Under the pieces are notes generated by a model. It was not told the DNA's origin. It saw only the letters and a list, made by a program, of their open reading frames with translations, and did no database searches. DNA of 64,000 nt from Barthelona sp. PCE. Taxonomy: Eukaryota. The stretch spans positions 1,116,001-1,180,000 of the forward strand of contig JAUFOR010000004.1 of the NCBI GenBank assembly GCA_040285745.1, given 5' to 3'. The position numbers and the translations under genes were made by a program. Within the stretch, counting starts at the first letter, position 1. Each line of letters opens with the position of its first letter. Of the stretch, positions 31,175 through 42,368 are shown piece after piece.

Positions 31175-33352
31175 ATGCCTCGTATCCGTAAATTCGAGGA
31201 TGACCTTATCATTGGGGCCTTTCCCGAGGGGCAAATTATTTTTGAAGGTCAGGGTGTTAGAATGGTCAAAAGCAGAGAAGACACTCGTTTAAATAATCTC
31301 ATTGATGCTGTTGATGGGGAAGAATTTTGTGGATATGTTGAAGAAACGTGTGAAACACTTCGGTATTACTACAAGCGAAAAGCTGGAGAAGGATATATGA
31401 TCGTTAAACAGCATTTTAGCGAAAATGATCGATTAACTGATCTTTAAATCCTGTATTTCAACGAAATTAACAGTGATGAACACACCAACAGAAAGATTCG
31501 TTTCCCTTTTGATGATTTGGATAATTTACAAAAATTCGTATCGAGCGAATTTGTTCCATTAGATGAAAACCACATTTTTTTTTCTATTACAGAGGTTGAT
31601 GAAGAACACCAAAATGGAGAATCGACTCATTGTTTCATTCTCAATATCTTAACAGAGCAGTACAGATGCCTTGGAGAGTACGAGTATTACTCTATCAGCA
31701 ACAATTGTTCCGTTGAATATGTATTGATGAGAAATTATGGAAATGATTTTTCAATATTTTACTACAATTTCTGCGCAGATGATATGGATGAGGCTCATGA
31801 GCCGGATATCGTGCAGCTAGAAGGTGTCCATAATCAAAACTGTATAGGATGTTACAATGCTGATTGTGTTTGTTTTTATGTTAATGGCGAGATATTAGAA
31901 GAATTGATCATTTTTGACCGTCAACGAAACCGTGTTGATCTATTGGAAAGATTCCCACAGTTATTAGAGTTGAAAATGTCCTACTGTTCTTATTTTGCCT
32001 TGTTCACATTGACACAAGATGTATTTTCTGCGCTTTTAAATGATGGCTCAATTTGCACTGTTGTTCATATTGAAAACGGGGAGCTTAAGACGACAACCGG
32101 TGATGTGGGCAGTAATATTGTCCATTGTGATGATTTAAAACACATTGACTTGGCAAATTCTTTTCATAATGAACGCCAGTTTTTTGGAACTTGTGATACA
32201 ACGTGTGTTTATGGTCCTATAAAGCTTAGAAAAGTCGATAATGAGGTGATTCGCTTGCAAAATATTTGGCCTCACAGAGTTATGTATGATGGGACAGTAC
32301 ATTTTGCAGATAGCAATCGGAAAAGACAGTGTTACTTTTACTTCAAAGAAAAAAGAATCGTCACACATAAAAGTGTTATGACTAACGATAGTTTCATGTT
32401 TGAAAGGAATTACAGTGAACTATCGATGCACCCGGTTGAGGAAGAGTATTTCTTTATGATTGCACAGTGTAATAGAAGACAAGGTGCTTCAGAAATAGTT
32501 AAAATACACTGGGAAGGTTCAGAATCAAAACCAATAATAACTCCTTTTGAAAATAATGGCTTTTTGAATTATAATAGCTTAGTTCTTGGGTTACCATTTT
32601 TTATTGATTATAATGAAAATGTTTGTCAAGGTTATCTTGGTAATACAAAAGTTTTGGAGCTTCCACCAAATGAGTACATAAATGATTGCAAGCCTTCAGT
32701 CACTGGAAGTTCTGTGTGTGTTAGTTGTACTAATTCAACACATTTTTTACAATTGCTGATCAATAATAATGATGTTGAGGTTCAAAAGCACATCACTTTT
32801 CATCATGGCGATGATGTTTCGAATGTAGTCTTCTGTCATCATCCATTAACAGATACAGCTGACCACCAGCTCTTTGTTACATATAAATACAACAATGATG
32901 GTGAGGAACAGTATATGCATTGTTTAGATTGGTCAACAGGAAATTTTTTGGAACCCGTTTTGATATATAAATATTTAAATGATGGTGAAATGGATGAAGA
33001 ATTCTTGGAAGGTAACTGTTTCTTTAAGTTCATAGGTGATTCGTATATTCAAGTAGAACAAGGTATTAATAAGGTATCCATTGTTAATGGCGTTATTGAA
33101 ATGCGATTTTTTACAAATACTATTTTACCAAATATTGGCAACGATATTCGCAGCTTAAATCTACCTAACAACGTTGTTCAGGAAGTTATTTACGAAGAAG
33201 AAACCAAGACAATGGTGTTGAAAACATACAACGTTGAGGAAGACCCAGAATCAAAAAATCCCACTGTGGAAAGGTTCCACCTTCCTTCGTTCCTGGCGGA
33301 GGCGTCCATCGTTGAGTATCATATGCCCAATTATCATGCAATAAATAAATAA
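31175..33352 (+). pseudogene. Family member (~725 aa) interrupted by a single in-frame TAA at 31445-31447
   Basis: ORFs 31169-31447 and 31517-33352 are in the same frame. The read-through RLTDL*ILYFNEINSDEHT aligns with the paralog's ILLEFNILFFNDIMSDDHT. Confidence 0.75.
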
Positions 33353-33821
33353 TTCATCAGTCATATAGATTTTCAACACCTTCTAATAGCACAGTCAAAG
33401 GATATAATCAAAATGTTGCAATGTAGATTACACCACTTTGTTCATGTACAGGGACTGCTACATTTGATATGTCATTAGTACTATTTTGTGCATCACAGGC
33501 AAAGGGTGCTGATGGTTCCACATATGTCTTCACGAAAGAAGTTTGATTTAATTGAGCCTCAAGCTCTTTAATTGACGCATGTATTTCTTTCACATTTGAT
33601 TTCTCTAAATGAATTAAAATTTCCTTAAAAAGAGTATCTGTTCGTGTTGCACTGGCTGCTTCAGACGAAACAGTGTTTTTATACCAAATTTTGAGAGTAA
33701 GACTGTTCTACATGCTAAAAATTATTGCTGACGCGAACATAAGACACTGTTGTGTGGACTTTTATCAGTAACAAAAAGTGTTTTTTTTATTGTTACCTAT
33801 TTCACATTACTAAACAATATT

Positions 33822-34616
33822 ATGGATCGATTTATTGAATGTACAATGGATTTTTTGACCTTTAAATGGTCTCAGGAGTGTTTTTTCTACCTATTACGAA
33901 CAGGGCTTGGATTTGGCATTGTATTGGGTTCAGCTATCATCAAGCTACCACAAATCTTGTCAATCATGTCTAAAAAGAGCGCAGGAGGTCTACTTTACTC
34001 CTCAATTTTGTTGGAGATGTTAAACTGTTTATCCACTGTTGTTTATGCAACACGAAAGAACTTTGAATTTTCAGTCTACGGAGAAAGCGTATTCCTTCTA
34101 CTCCAGAACATGTTTATTTTTGTTTTAATGCTTCATTATAACGGTCAGTTAGCCTCGATCAAAGGTATGGCTTTATTTTGGTCAACGATAATTATTGGTA
34201 GTCTTTTACCTACCAAAGCCACCCCAGATGTCATTATCAAAACACTTGTATCATTACAAACTGTTTTTGGTTTATTAGGAAGAGTACCCATTATAGTTAA
34301 GAATCTTCGTTCAAAATCTACTGGTAGTCTATCATTTTTCACATATTTTGCCACTGCACTTGGTGGATTAATTCGTTTCGTTACTTTTTATATTTCTACA
34401 AAAGATGTTATAGGTTCTATAGCTCATTTCTCTAGTGCCTTATGTAATATTATAATTGCTGTGCAGATTCGTATGTATAAGCCAACAAAGAAGGAGGAAA
34501 TGAAGAAAAATGATGAAGAAACCTCTGAAGTTTCTGAAGTTGAAGAAGAAGAGAAACCTCTTCTTGAGCAGGAGCAAGACATTGATAATGACGGTGAAGA
34601 TGTGATCGAGGAGTAG
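33822..34616 (+). CDS. MPDU1: Mannose-P-dolichol utilization defect 1 (PQ-loop) protein
   Basis: GLGFGIVLGSAIIKLPQI..KSAGGL, FSVYGESVFLLLQN, and a second loop RVPII..KSTGSLS. Confidence 0.88.
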   Translation: MDRFIECTMDFLTFKWSQECFFYLLRTGLGFGIVLGSAIIKLPQILSIMSKKSAGGLLYSSILLEMLNCLSTVVYATRKNFEFSVYGESVFLLLQNMFIFVLMLHYNGQLASIKGMALFWSTIIIGSLLPTKATPDVIIKTLVSLQTVFGLLGRVPIIVKNLRSKSTGSLSFFTYFATALGGLIRFVTFYISTKDVIGSIAHFSSALCNIIIAVQIRMYKPTKKEEMKKNDEETSEVSEVEEEEKPLLEQEQDIDNDGEDVIEE

Positions 34617-34680
34617 TTTTCATCGATATGTAATCATAGTAAAGTTTGTTATTGATGTTTGACATATTTTAATCCTTTTC

Positions 34681-35115
34681 ATGAGTGACGTTGAGGTTGA
34701 AACCGTCTCCAACAAAGAAGAAGGGCAAATACACCAGGAAGTACAACCTAAACAGTTGGTAAACATTCGTAAAGAAGATATAAGATTTTATAAATGTTGT
34801 GGTTGTCATGCTTCGTTATTCACAAATCATCACATCATTGAGCATGAAGTGGGGCATGGGCAAAAAGACTTCAGACACAGAAAACGTGACAGGAATGCGT
34901 TTGATATTGTTCATTGCACCTCTTTTTTTGTGGATTGGGATAAGTTACCCTGGCTCAAAGATCAGGTGAACGATAAGGGTCATTATGGTCGTCTAGAATG
35001 TCCCAAGTGTGACGTAAAGATTGGAAATTTTAATTGGTCTGGGTCTACTTGTTCATGTGGAACGTTTGTATATCCAGGTGTACAAGTTCAGAAAACAAAG
35101 GTTATGTTGTTGTGA
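34681..35115 (+). CDS. Stand-alone Yvh1/DUSP12-type zinc-binding domain protein
   Basis: YKCCGC..LF..IEH, CTSFFV..W, GRLECPKC..KIGNFNWSG..CSCG..YPG.QVQK.KV. No phosphatase domain. Confidence 0.8.
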   Translation: MSDVEVETVSNKEEGQIHQEVQPKQLVNIRKEDIRFYKCCGCHASLFTNHHIIEHEVGHGQKDFRHRKRDRNAFDIVHCTSFFVDWDKLPWLKDQVNDKGHYGRLECPKCDVKIGNFNWSGSTCSCGTFVYPGVQVQKTKVMLL

Positions 35116-35214
35116 TTCTTTTATTTGAATATGCTCATGAAGTTATGGTATCTAGAGATTTTTTTTTTCCAAGTAATCAAATGATGTCAATAAACTATTT
35201 AATGGTTATTTCCA

Positions 35215-35973
35215 TTACCTGCGCTTTCTTCTATCATTCTTTCTACGTTCACTTCCACCACGAGTAGCTCTACGATGTCCAGGTTTTCCACTACGTATAG
35301 GTTCTTCTTCAGGATGCTGAAACACTGGGAAATTTTTTCTTATACCTGTACCACTGGCTTCTCTAGTGTATTCCCATAGATCAACAAAAATCTTCATATT
35401 TCTTTTTTTATGAAACTTGTATGTATTCTCCAACACCCAACTATATTGCTTAACAAGATCAGCCGAAAACCCATGTCTTACTCCAAAATTTGTGAAATGA
35501 GAGCGAGTTGAAGATTTGTGGAAACTATAGACCAGACCAGTACTATGTGCTATGGCTATTTCTAAGAAACGACTATCAATTCCGGCATTGTGCTTAGTTC
35601 CAAAAGGTGGATTTAAAATAACTATGTCAAATATCATATCACCAAAATTATGCTCTAAAACATTTGCTTCAACAAGTGTAATTGGAGCGTCTCCCATCCC
35701 GTTATCATTCATGTTCTGCCTGAAAAGTTCAAGTGCAGTTGGATCGATGTCTATAGCAACGATATTGGCGGCTCCACACATAAGGGCTCCTAGAGAAAGA
35801 ATTCCTGTACCACAGCCAAGATCAAGTACGTTTTTACCCTGGAAATTGTGCCCATAATCCCACAAGAAATCAGCCAGAACATTACCAGGTGTGCTGTACT
35901 GTTCCTTCAATATATCTGGGTTTTCAAACCTCAGAAGCTTTTGCAAGAAAGATTCTAACTCCCACTTTTTCAT
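35215..35973 (-). CDS. METTL5: 18S rRNA m6A methyltransferase METTL5
   Basis: F.NP..LKEQYSTP, VLDLGCGTGILS, NPPFGTK..GID..FL, VYSFHKSSTR, YKFHKK. Confidence 0.92.
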   Translation of the reverse strand: MKKWELESFLQKLLRFENPDILKEQYSTPGNVLADFLWDYGHNFQGKNVLDLGCGTGILSLGALMCGAANIVAIDIDPTALELFRQNMNDNGMGDAPITLVEANVLEHNFGDMIFDIVILNPPFGTKHNAGIDSRFLEIAIAHSTGLVYSFHKSSTRSHFTNFGVRHGFSADLVKQYSWVLENTYKFHKKRNMKIFVDLWEYTREASGTGIRKNFPVFQHPEEEPIRSGKPGHRRATRGGSERRKNDRRKRR

Positions 35974-36305
35974 CACAAAAAGTGTTTAGTTACGGGAGAG
36001 CTTAGAAAAAGGTTTTAAGAAAGAACACAATGTTTCATAATAATTGGCTCGTCCTTGGGCACTGTATCGCCCCCAGAAGTGCATCAAACCTTTATAAATG
36101 CTACTGAAATTAATAGAGCTTGTTGTATGTTTTCTTACTCTTTTCATTTCGGAAAGATTGGATGTGGAACCCATATTCTGCATCGTTGAAGTGAGAACGC
36201 TAGACTTTGACCTGATGGTTTGTCGCCTTGCAGCCTAAGCGTTTAGCTCTATCGTTGCACAGTTTCATGCCCATCTAAAACTATTCTTTTATTCATAATA
36301 ATGTG

Positions 36306-37292
36306 TTATTCAATATTACGCTTCCTCTTTCTATTCTTTTCTTTGTAAAAATGCTGAAAATCTTGGAAATCATCAACAGTTAAATGACTGATTTCTTTGG
36401 TACTGTTATCAATAATACCCTCCATTAACTCCTCGAACCAAGAATCATCATCAATCAATGATTCAACACTTAATTTCGATAAAGAGCAACTATAACCAGA
36501 ACCACCATACATTTTTGTAGATTTCCATATCCATTTCAATAAAGGAAGAGTTGTAGCAATATATTTCTCATCTTTAACCTCTGATTCAAGGAACCATACC
36601 TTACCAGGTAGCTTAGATTGTAAAAGATTGTGATAAAAACCGTTTGGTGATAGAATTGCCTTACCATTAGTGGGACACCCTTCGAATAGAACATATACAG
36701 GCCCATTCTTTTTCTTTTTCGCCTTATGGAGGAGCTCGATGAGTTTGGTAGTGCCTTCATTTTGAGGTTTCTTGTTATACTGATAATGAGTAAAGATTGT
36801 TAAGGCAAGATTGGTTAAAAATCCAGTTTTATGACCACTGATGAATTTAGGAAAGTAAAAATCACCTCGTTTGATCTGATTTATGCCAACAAGGTCGAAA
36901 ATAGAACTATATGTAACAAAAACAAGATCTCCATGATCAGGTAGTGAATCAGTTTGTAAACTTCTTAAACCAGGCTTTGTAACAGAATATTTTGCAAGAA
37001 ATCCGTTCATATTACCAATAGTGATCATGAATAAACGGCAATATAAGTTGGTTGTGTAGTTCTTAATGCCACGTTTAATAATCGGTGCAAGGATGAAGAA
37101 ATTGGCAAGCAGTGTCATGGCCAACAGCCAAAGGAAAAATATGGCGAACAAACCCAATCGTAATGCACGAATTGGAAATATACACAGATTTTTAAAAAAA
37201 CGGCCCACAATATTTCCATATTTTACGTTACCTGGTGGAGCAAACGGGTTTACACCGTGTTTTTTATCGGAAAAAGGTTGATATTTCTCCAT
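36306..37292 (-). CDS. Loa1/Vps66-like lysophospholipid acyltransferase
   Basis: MEKY..F.D..G.NPF start typical of Vps66, a TM region, motif I-like TYSSIFD, and FEGCPTNGKAIL. Confidence 0.7.
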   Translation of the reverse strand: MEKYQPFSDKKHGVNPFAPPGNVKYGNIVGRFFKNLCIFPIRALRLGLFAIFFLWLLAMTLLANFFILAPIIKRGIKNYTTNLYCRLFMITIGNMNGFLAKYSVTKPGLRSLQTDSLPDHGDLVFVTYSSIFDLVGINQIKRGDFYFPKFISGHKTGFLTNLALTIFTHYQYNKKPQNEGTTKLIELLHKAKKKKNGPVYVLFEGCPTNGKAILSPNGFYHNLLQSKLPGKVWFLESEVKDEKYIATTLPLLKWIWKSTKMYGGSGYSCSLSKLSVESLIDDDSWFEELMEGIIDNSTKEISHLTVDDFQDFQHFYKEKNRKRKRNIE

Positions 37293-37380
37293 ATTAGATA
37301 ATATAGAGTGAAATAGGAAAAAATTTCAAATACAACAAAAAATCACATATTTTACATACCAACACACTGGTTAAACTGGT

Positions 37381-39135
37381 TTAGCCCACATGATCCTGTT
37401 CTACAAACATAACAACAAAATTTTCTGTTGGTGGTGAATCAACAAGAAATACTGATCGCATATTGAAACGACGATCTGGATGTACATCTTTAAGAATAAC
37501 AAAGTCCTTTTTTTGCATTTCTGACCTAAATTTGAAAATATTTTTGATAAAAACTACAACATCAGGACTTCTTCTAGCAGATAAATAAGTAGTTTGCCTT
37601 AAACTTGAATGTGAATCAGAAGGTTGTCCTAAAAACGATTTTACCATTCGTTCGTCATCTTCATCCAAGTAATCAACAGCATAATTTTTCACTAAACATA
37701 ATCTACACAATGTACCTAAGATAAACACTTTTTCTTCATCATAAGTAAATTCACTTTTCTCTGTGAAACCCATTTTAGTAAAGTATTCAATGCATGTGTC
37801 CATATCAGAAACTAATAACTTGGTGTAACCAGAGTTTGTTGCAAAAGGATTTTTTTTTAAACTATCCTTACGTTCTTTAACTAATCTTTTAATGAAGCTC
37901 AATTGTTCATTACGCTCTGTAAAATATGTAAATTGAATATCAGTGTAATCATCTTCAAACAATACTTGTTCCATGCCATTTTCTAAAGTAATTGAATACT
38001 CGCCATTTTTAAAAACTGTTTTGGTACAAAACATGGAGTTAAACATAGAAGAATTAACAAGTGGAGAATACTTTTTTTCAATGAAAATTCTTATAACAAT
38101 ATGTTTATCAATAAAAACAAATGTAAAGGCTTCGGGTTGACAATGTTTAATAGCTTCTAAAGGTATTTTAAAAGGATTTTCATCGCTACCAAAGGAAAAA
38201 CATAAATGAAATGGTGTTAAATGCATCGTTCCCCTTTTATGATTTATGCCACAAGTATAAGATACAATAATTGCTTCATTTTTATCCAACCCAAATAACT
38301 CCCTGATGCGATTATGTTCAGGGTCTTCGAATTTCTCCGACAATCGCTGTTTAGCATCTCTTAATTCTTCTTTCAGAGCTGCACATAATTCAGTAATATT
38401 AACAAGTTGATCATCTTTATAATTAATTTCATTTCTTAAGATACTTAATTGCTCTTTAAGGTCATTGTTTTCTTCTTCTTTAGCAATACTATATTCAATA
38501 TCATCAATATTACTCTCTGTAAAATGATTTTCCGATCCTAAATCATTTTTCCCACCAATTGAAAAGTACTTATTGGCTGATTGAATATTGGACAGATCAA
38601 CATCACATATTTCTAGTATGAATTCTTGTTCTTCAGCCATAATTTCAAACTTTTCATCCATAGGACCAGTTACATACTGAAATAAACGAATTAATAGTTC
38701 TTTTAGTTGTTCAAACAATTCAGAGAAATTCGAATACATCTCCTTTTGTTTAAAATTTTGTTGTTTGAGATTATTATGTTCTCTAACAATATTCTTCAAA
38801 GCCCGTTTAAGTTTAACTACCATATTCTTCAACGCTTCCTCATCCAAGCGATCAATTTCTGGATCTTCTTCACTTGAATGTTGTTGTAAAAGTCGAAGAA
38901 ATACAGAGAAAACACGAAGTTCATTCTTTTTGAGTTCCCTGGCTTTTTCATCCGTTGGCTCCTCTGTTTCAGTATACTTATCCTCAAGAAGCGAGTCAAT
39001 TTGCTGTCTTGCAATGGACAGTTCTCTTTTAAGCTGTTGGAAGTTTTCCTGACTGTATTCTAACATACCCTCTGTATCATATACCTCTCTCGAGTCAGAG
39101 AGCGTGTTCAGGACGGCAAATAAATGGTCCTTCAT
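37381..39135 (-). CDS. Coiled-coil + GRAM domain + C-terminal glyoxalase/VOC-like domain protein
   Basis: GRAM: RELFGL..NE.II.SYTC..RGTMHLT..HLCF. VOC-like: LLVSDMDTCIEYFTKMGF..RSVFLVD.P..N.V.FVEQ. Confidence 0.65.
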   Translation of the reverse strand: MKDHLFAVLNTLSDSREVYDTEGMLEYSQENFQQLKRELSIARQQIDSLLEDKYTETEEPTDEKARELKKNELRVFSVFLRLLQQHSSEEDPEIDRLDEEALKNMVVKLKRALKNIVREHNNLKQQNFKQKEMYSNFSELFEQLKELLIRLFQYVTGPMDEKFEIMAEEQEFILEICDVDLSNIQSANKYFSIGGKNDLGSENHFTESNIDDIEYSIAKEEENNDLKEQLSILRNEINYKDDQLVNITELCAALKEELRDAKQRLSEKFEDPEHNRIRELFGLDKNEAIIVSYTCGINHKRGTMHLTPFHLCFSFGSDENPFKIPLEAIKHCQPEAFTFVFIDKHIVIRIFIEKKYSPLVNSSMFNSMFCTKTVFKNGEYSITLENGMEQVLFEDDYTDIQFTYFTERNEQLSFIKRLVKERKDSLKKNPFATNSGYTKLLVSDMDTCIEYFTKMGFTEKSEFTYDEEKVFILGTLCRLCLVKNYAVDYLDEDDERMVKSFLGQPSDSHSSLRQTTYLSARRSPDVVVFIKNIFKFRSEMQKKDFVILKDVHPDRRFNMRSVFLVDSPPTENFVVMFVEQDHVG

Positions 39136-39245
39136 ATGAAAAGATGGAAAAAAAATGAAAATGATTTAAAGCATTTACATTTTGAAGTAAACAGACTTAT
39201 TATCAGTGTCTGTGTACCCAATCAAGCTTATGACAAGGATTTTAC

Positions 39246-40409
39246 TTACATTGCGAGAACTCTAGCTAAATTCTCTAACTTGTTAATTGTATTTGATGCA
39301 GCATTAGAAAACTGCTTGACATCCTGACTGATTCGGTTAGCCCTGTGAACTACACCTTCTAATTCATCAATTCTGAAAGTTAAATCTCCATTCTGAATAA
39401 ACTCAACTAGATCCAATTCTACTAATTTAATAGGTAAACTAAACTCTTCAGCAATCTTAGCAAGTGTCACTCTTGAATAACTTTTTAAAAATTGTCTGTA
39501 ACAAGTCTTTCTAAAATTATAAAAAAAGAAACTTTCAAATTTATGGCAATAATAATCAGTTTTTAATCGTTCTTTAATAGAAGCGGCTAATTTCAAACCT
39601 TCTTTATAATTTCCATTATAAAAATTATTGGAAAATTCTTCAATATCCTCTAAAGAATTAATAACTGTCTTCACATCTGAGCTGTTCAATACATAATCTC
39701 TATATCTAGGTCTTTTTAAAGTAATTACAGAGAAAACACATAAATAGAACACTAAACGTTCGAAATCTATTAATTCTGTAGCCATAAAAGTATTTAAACA
39801 TTCAATAAAATCATTAACACAATCTAAAAAGTTACCTTTCATTAATGAAAATAAACCACGATAAGTTAAAAGTCTATTCTTATGTTCAAAGTCAAGAACA
39901 TTGTTTTGGGCCATAATATCAATATCAGCCAACCATTTTTCAATCATAACAAAATCATTGCAACAAAAAGAAATAAGTAAACGTAAAAACACGCTCTTCA
40001 TCTTGGTGCTGTCACCCATGGGGATGGCATCACACTCTTGGAAAATCGCAAATCCCTCATCAACCTTACCAATCTTACAAAGAAGTTGTGCTTTCTTGTA
40101 TTTTCCATTGAAAACTTCAACAGAACCCATATCACGCTTTGCTTCTTCGATTTCATCATCAATTTTGACAATTTCTTCGTCAATGTATGACTGTAGTTCA
40201 CTAACTTCTTCTTCTGTAAGAGATATATAATCACAGTCAACCAAATACTTATCCCTGAAGTATAGGATCTTGTTCTCGATAATGATATCCTTCATTTCGT
40301 TAAAGGATTCACTTTGATCCATTTCTGAAACGCTGTGTAAGAATGAGAGTTCCTGAAGCTTCAAGATCTTCCTCCAGACCTTATCTTCCGATTCAGCTGT
40401 GAAAAACAT
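39246..40409 (-). CDS. RPN7: 26S proteasome lid subunit Rpn7 (PSMD6)
   Basis: DFEHKNRL..YRGL, TF.ATEL, YRQFLKSYSRVTL..IAEEF, C-terminal PCI with RID..GVV. Confidence 0.9.
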   Translation of the reverse strand: MFFTAESEDKVWRKILKLQELSFLHSVSEMDQSESFNEMKDIIIENKILYFRDKYLVDCDYISLTEEEVSELQSYIDEEIVKIDDEIEEAKRDMGSVEVFNGKYKKAQLLCKIGKVDEGFAIFQECDAIPMGDSTKMKSVFLRLLISFCCNDFVMIEKWLADIDIMAQNNVLDFEHKNRLLTYRGLFSLMKGNFLDCVNDFIECLNTFMATELIDFERLVFYLCVFSVITLKRPRYRDYVLNSSDVKTVINSLEDIEEFSNNFYNGNYKEGLKLAASIKERLKTDYYCHKFESFFFYNFRKTCYRQFLKSYSRVTLAKIAEEFSLPIKLVELDLVEFIQNGDLTFRIDELEGVVHRANRISQDVKQFSNAASNTINKLENLARVLAM

Positions 40410-40820
40410 AATGAAGTCGCAACAAGGAAGGGTAATAAGTTGTAAATCACCTTCATACTTTTTTTATGTTATGTTGTTGAATGTTCAAGAGATTTATGGG
40501 CATTACCTTGTTAATTTTGGTGCGGAGTGTATTAAACAGGCTTACTTAAGGAATTTTTTTCCAAAAAACTTTTTGGGCTCATAATTTTGCTTATTTGAAT
40601 TGGATGTTGTTTATTGGGATGTTTTTGTGAACATGTATTGAAATAATATTGAAAAATTTGCAATATTTATTTGGAATTTTAGAATTTTTAGGAATCATTA
40701 ACTACTGCACATTATCTTACATGATAAACAACTGATATACCACATAAACACATCGCTGAATGGCAAGATGTAATGAACAATAAACAACTGATCTTATACT
40801 CTCTTTTTTCTTTCCTTCAC

Positions 40821-42368
40821 ATGGCTGAGTACCAACGTATCACTCATAAAGTACATCGGCCGCTCTTCGAGCAGCAAAAGCGGGCAGATATTGATCAGTT
40901 CTTCCGATCATTCAACAAAACACATCTTAATCGCGTTCTGGGATCTCCAAGCTCTTCAGAGTTCAGTAGCTCGCTCACACCACAGCTGTGCGCTTTGTCT
41001 TCTAGCTCTAGAATATATATATATGATGTTGAGAATAATGAAATCGTAACAAATATTACAAGGTTCAAAACCCCTGTTTTCTGTGCATCATTCCACCCAG
41101 AGAGCCCACTTATCGTAGGAGGATGCGATGTAGGTTTGGTAAAAGTTGTAGGTATCAAGAAAAGTGTTCAATTACGTTCTTTTAAGGCTCATGATGGACC
41201 TTGTAGGGTTGCAAAGTTCATTAACGCCCACGCAAACATCCTGCTCACTGCAGGTGATGATGGAAAGATTGCAGTTTGTGATGTAGCAACTGGAGAAATT
41301 GTTCGAAAATGGGAAGCTCACCAAGCTTATATTCGATGTGGTGAAGTTGTAGGTCACCAAGGTATGTTCATAACTGGATCAGACGACGGATTCATGCGTT
41401 TATGGGATTATAGAAGTGATAAGCCTCTCGTAGCAGAATGGAGCGGTTTTACGGATCAGATTAATTGTTGCACAGTAATGCCCGGTAACTTCATGTGTGC
41501 TGTTGGCAGTGGGCCGCATCTTAATACAATTTCTTTAGCGCAACCTGGTAAGATACAATCAGTGAGTCACGTTCATCAACAAGAGATTTCTGCTTTACAG
41601 TATGATGCTTTGAATTCTGCTTACATTACAGCTTCCTATGATGGAAGTGTCAGTTGTTTAAGTTCTGATATGAGTGTTATTTGGGGATTCAAATTGAATG
41701 CACCTATCTCTACAATGTCGTATTCTCCCAAGAGTTCACACATTGTATGTGGTTGTATTGATGGATCTGTCATTACAAGGTATCGTGGTAACTTTAGAAA
41801 TGATATGAATATCTTTGATGTGGAAAAAATGGAAGAAAATGAAGAGTATTCTTCTATGGATAGTTTTTTAAAACAATTTAGCAGTGGTCATCATGAAATT
41901 AAACAAATCATGAAGAAAGAATATAAAGATGCTTTAAAAGATGCTGAGTTTAAAGATATTGAGAGAAAAAGAACTTTTGCCGAATATGATCAATTTTTAA
42001 GGAAATTCCAGTACGCAAATGCTATCATTAGTGTTCTCAACTTGAATAACACAAAAATATTTGCTTCTTTATTGCAAGAATTGGTTTTGAGGGATGCGTT
42101 AGTGCTAGCTCTCAACGGTCTTTCAGATGAGACACTTATTTCAGAGTTCATGAGGCAGATTACTCACATGTTGAGCTATATGGAGTATCAAGAACTGGTT
42201 TTAGAAGTTATTGATGTTAGTTATCAATATTTCAGTTCTAACCTGAGTAGTGTTGCTGTAATTGATGGGTTCCACACTTTATACCACAAGATACGTAAGG
42301 AGAACGAGTTCCAAGATGATCTACTGACTTTGCGTGGTGTAATCAATTCTATGGATAACTTTCAGTAA
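40821..42368 (+). CDS. UTP15: U3 snoRNA-associated protein 15 (WD40 + UTP15_C)
   Basis: ITRFK..V..ASF, LRSFKAH, H..YIRCG, TGSDDG..RLWD.R, YDQFLRKFQY..A, SLLQELV.R..L..AL. ATG at 40821. Confidence 0.88.
   Translation: MAEYQRITHKVHRPLFEQQKRADIDQFFRSFNKTHLNRVLGSPSSSEFSSSLTPQLCALSSSSRIYIYDVENNEIVTNITRFKTPVFCASFHPESPLIVGGCDVGLVKVVGIKKSVQLRSFKAHDGPCRVAKFINAHANILLTAGDDGKIAVCDVATGEIVRKWEAHQAYIRCGEVVGHQGMFITGSDDGFMRLWDYRSDKPLVAEWSGFTDQINCCTVMPGNFMCAVGSGPHLNTISLAQPGKIQSVSHVHQQEISALQYDALNSAYITASYDGSVSCLSSDMSVIWGFKLNAPISTMSYSPKSSHIVCGCIDGSVITRYRGNFRNDMNIFDVEKMEENEEYSSMDSFLKQFSSGHHEIKQIMKKEYKDALKDAEFKDIERKRTFAEYDQFLRKFQYANAIISVLNLNNTKIFASLLQELVLRDALVLALNGLSDETLISEFMRQITHMLSYMEYQELVLEVIDVSYQYFSSNLSSVAVIDGFHTLYHKIRKENEFQDDLLTLRGVINSMDNFQ

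Noticed and set aside
31445-31447. TAA/TAG-to-Gln genetic code reassignment
   Set aside because: Conserved genes (PheRS, METTL5, Rpn7, Utp15, Raptor) are uninterrupted and end in TAA at the expected positions.
35986-36295. GC-richer spacer as a possible structured ncRNA (RNase P/MRP, snRNA) or small gene
   Set aside because: No convincing P4 pairing or snRNA signature by eye, and the ORFs are short and featureless. An Infernal/Rfam scan would be needed.
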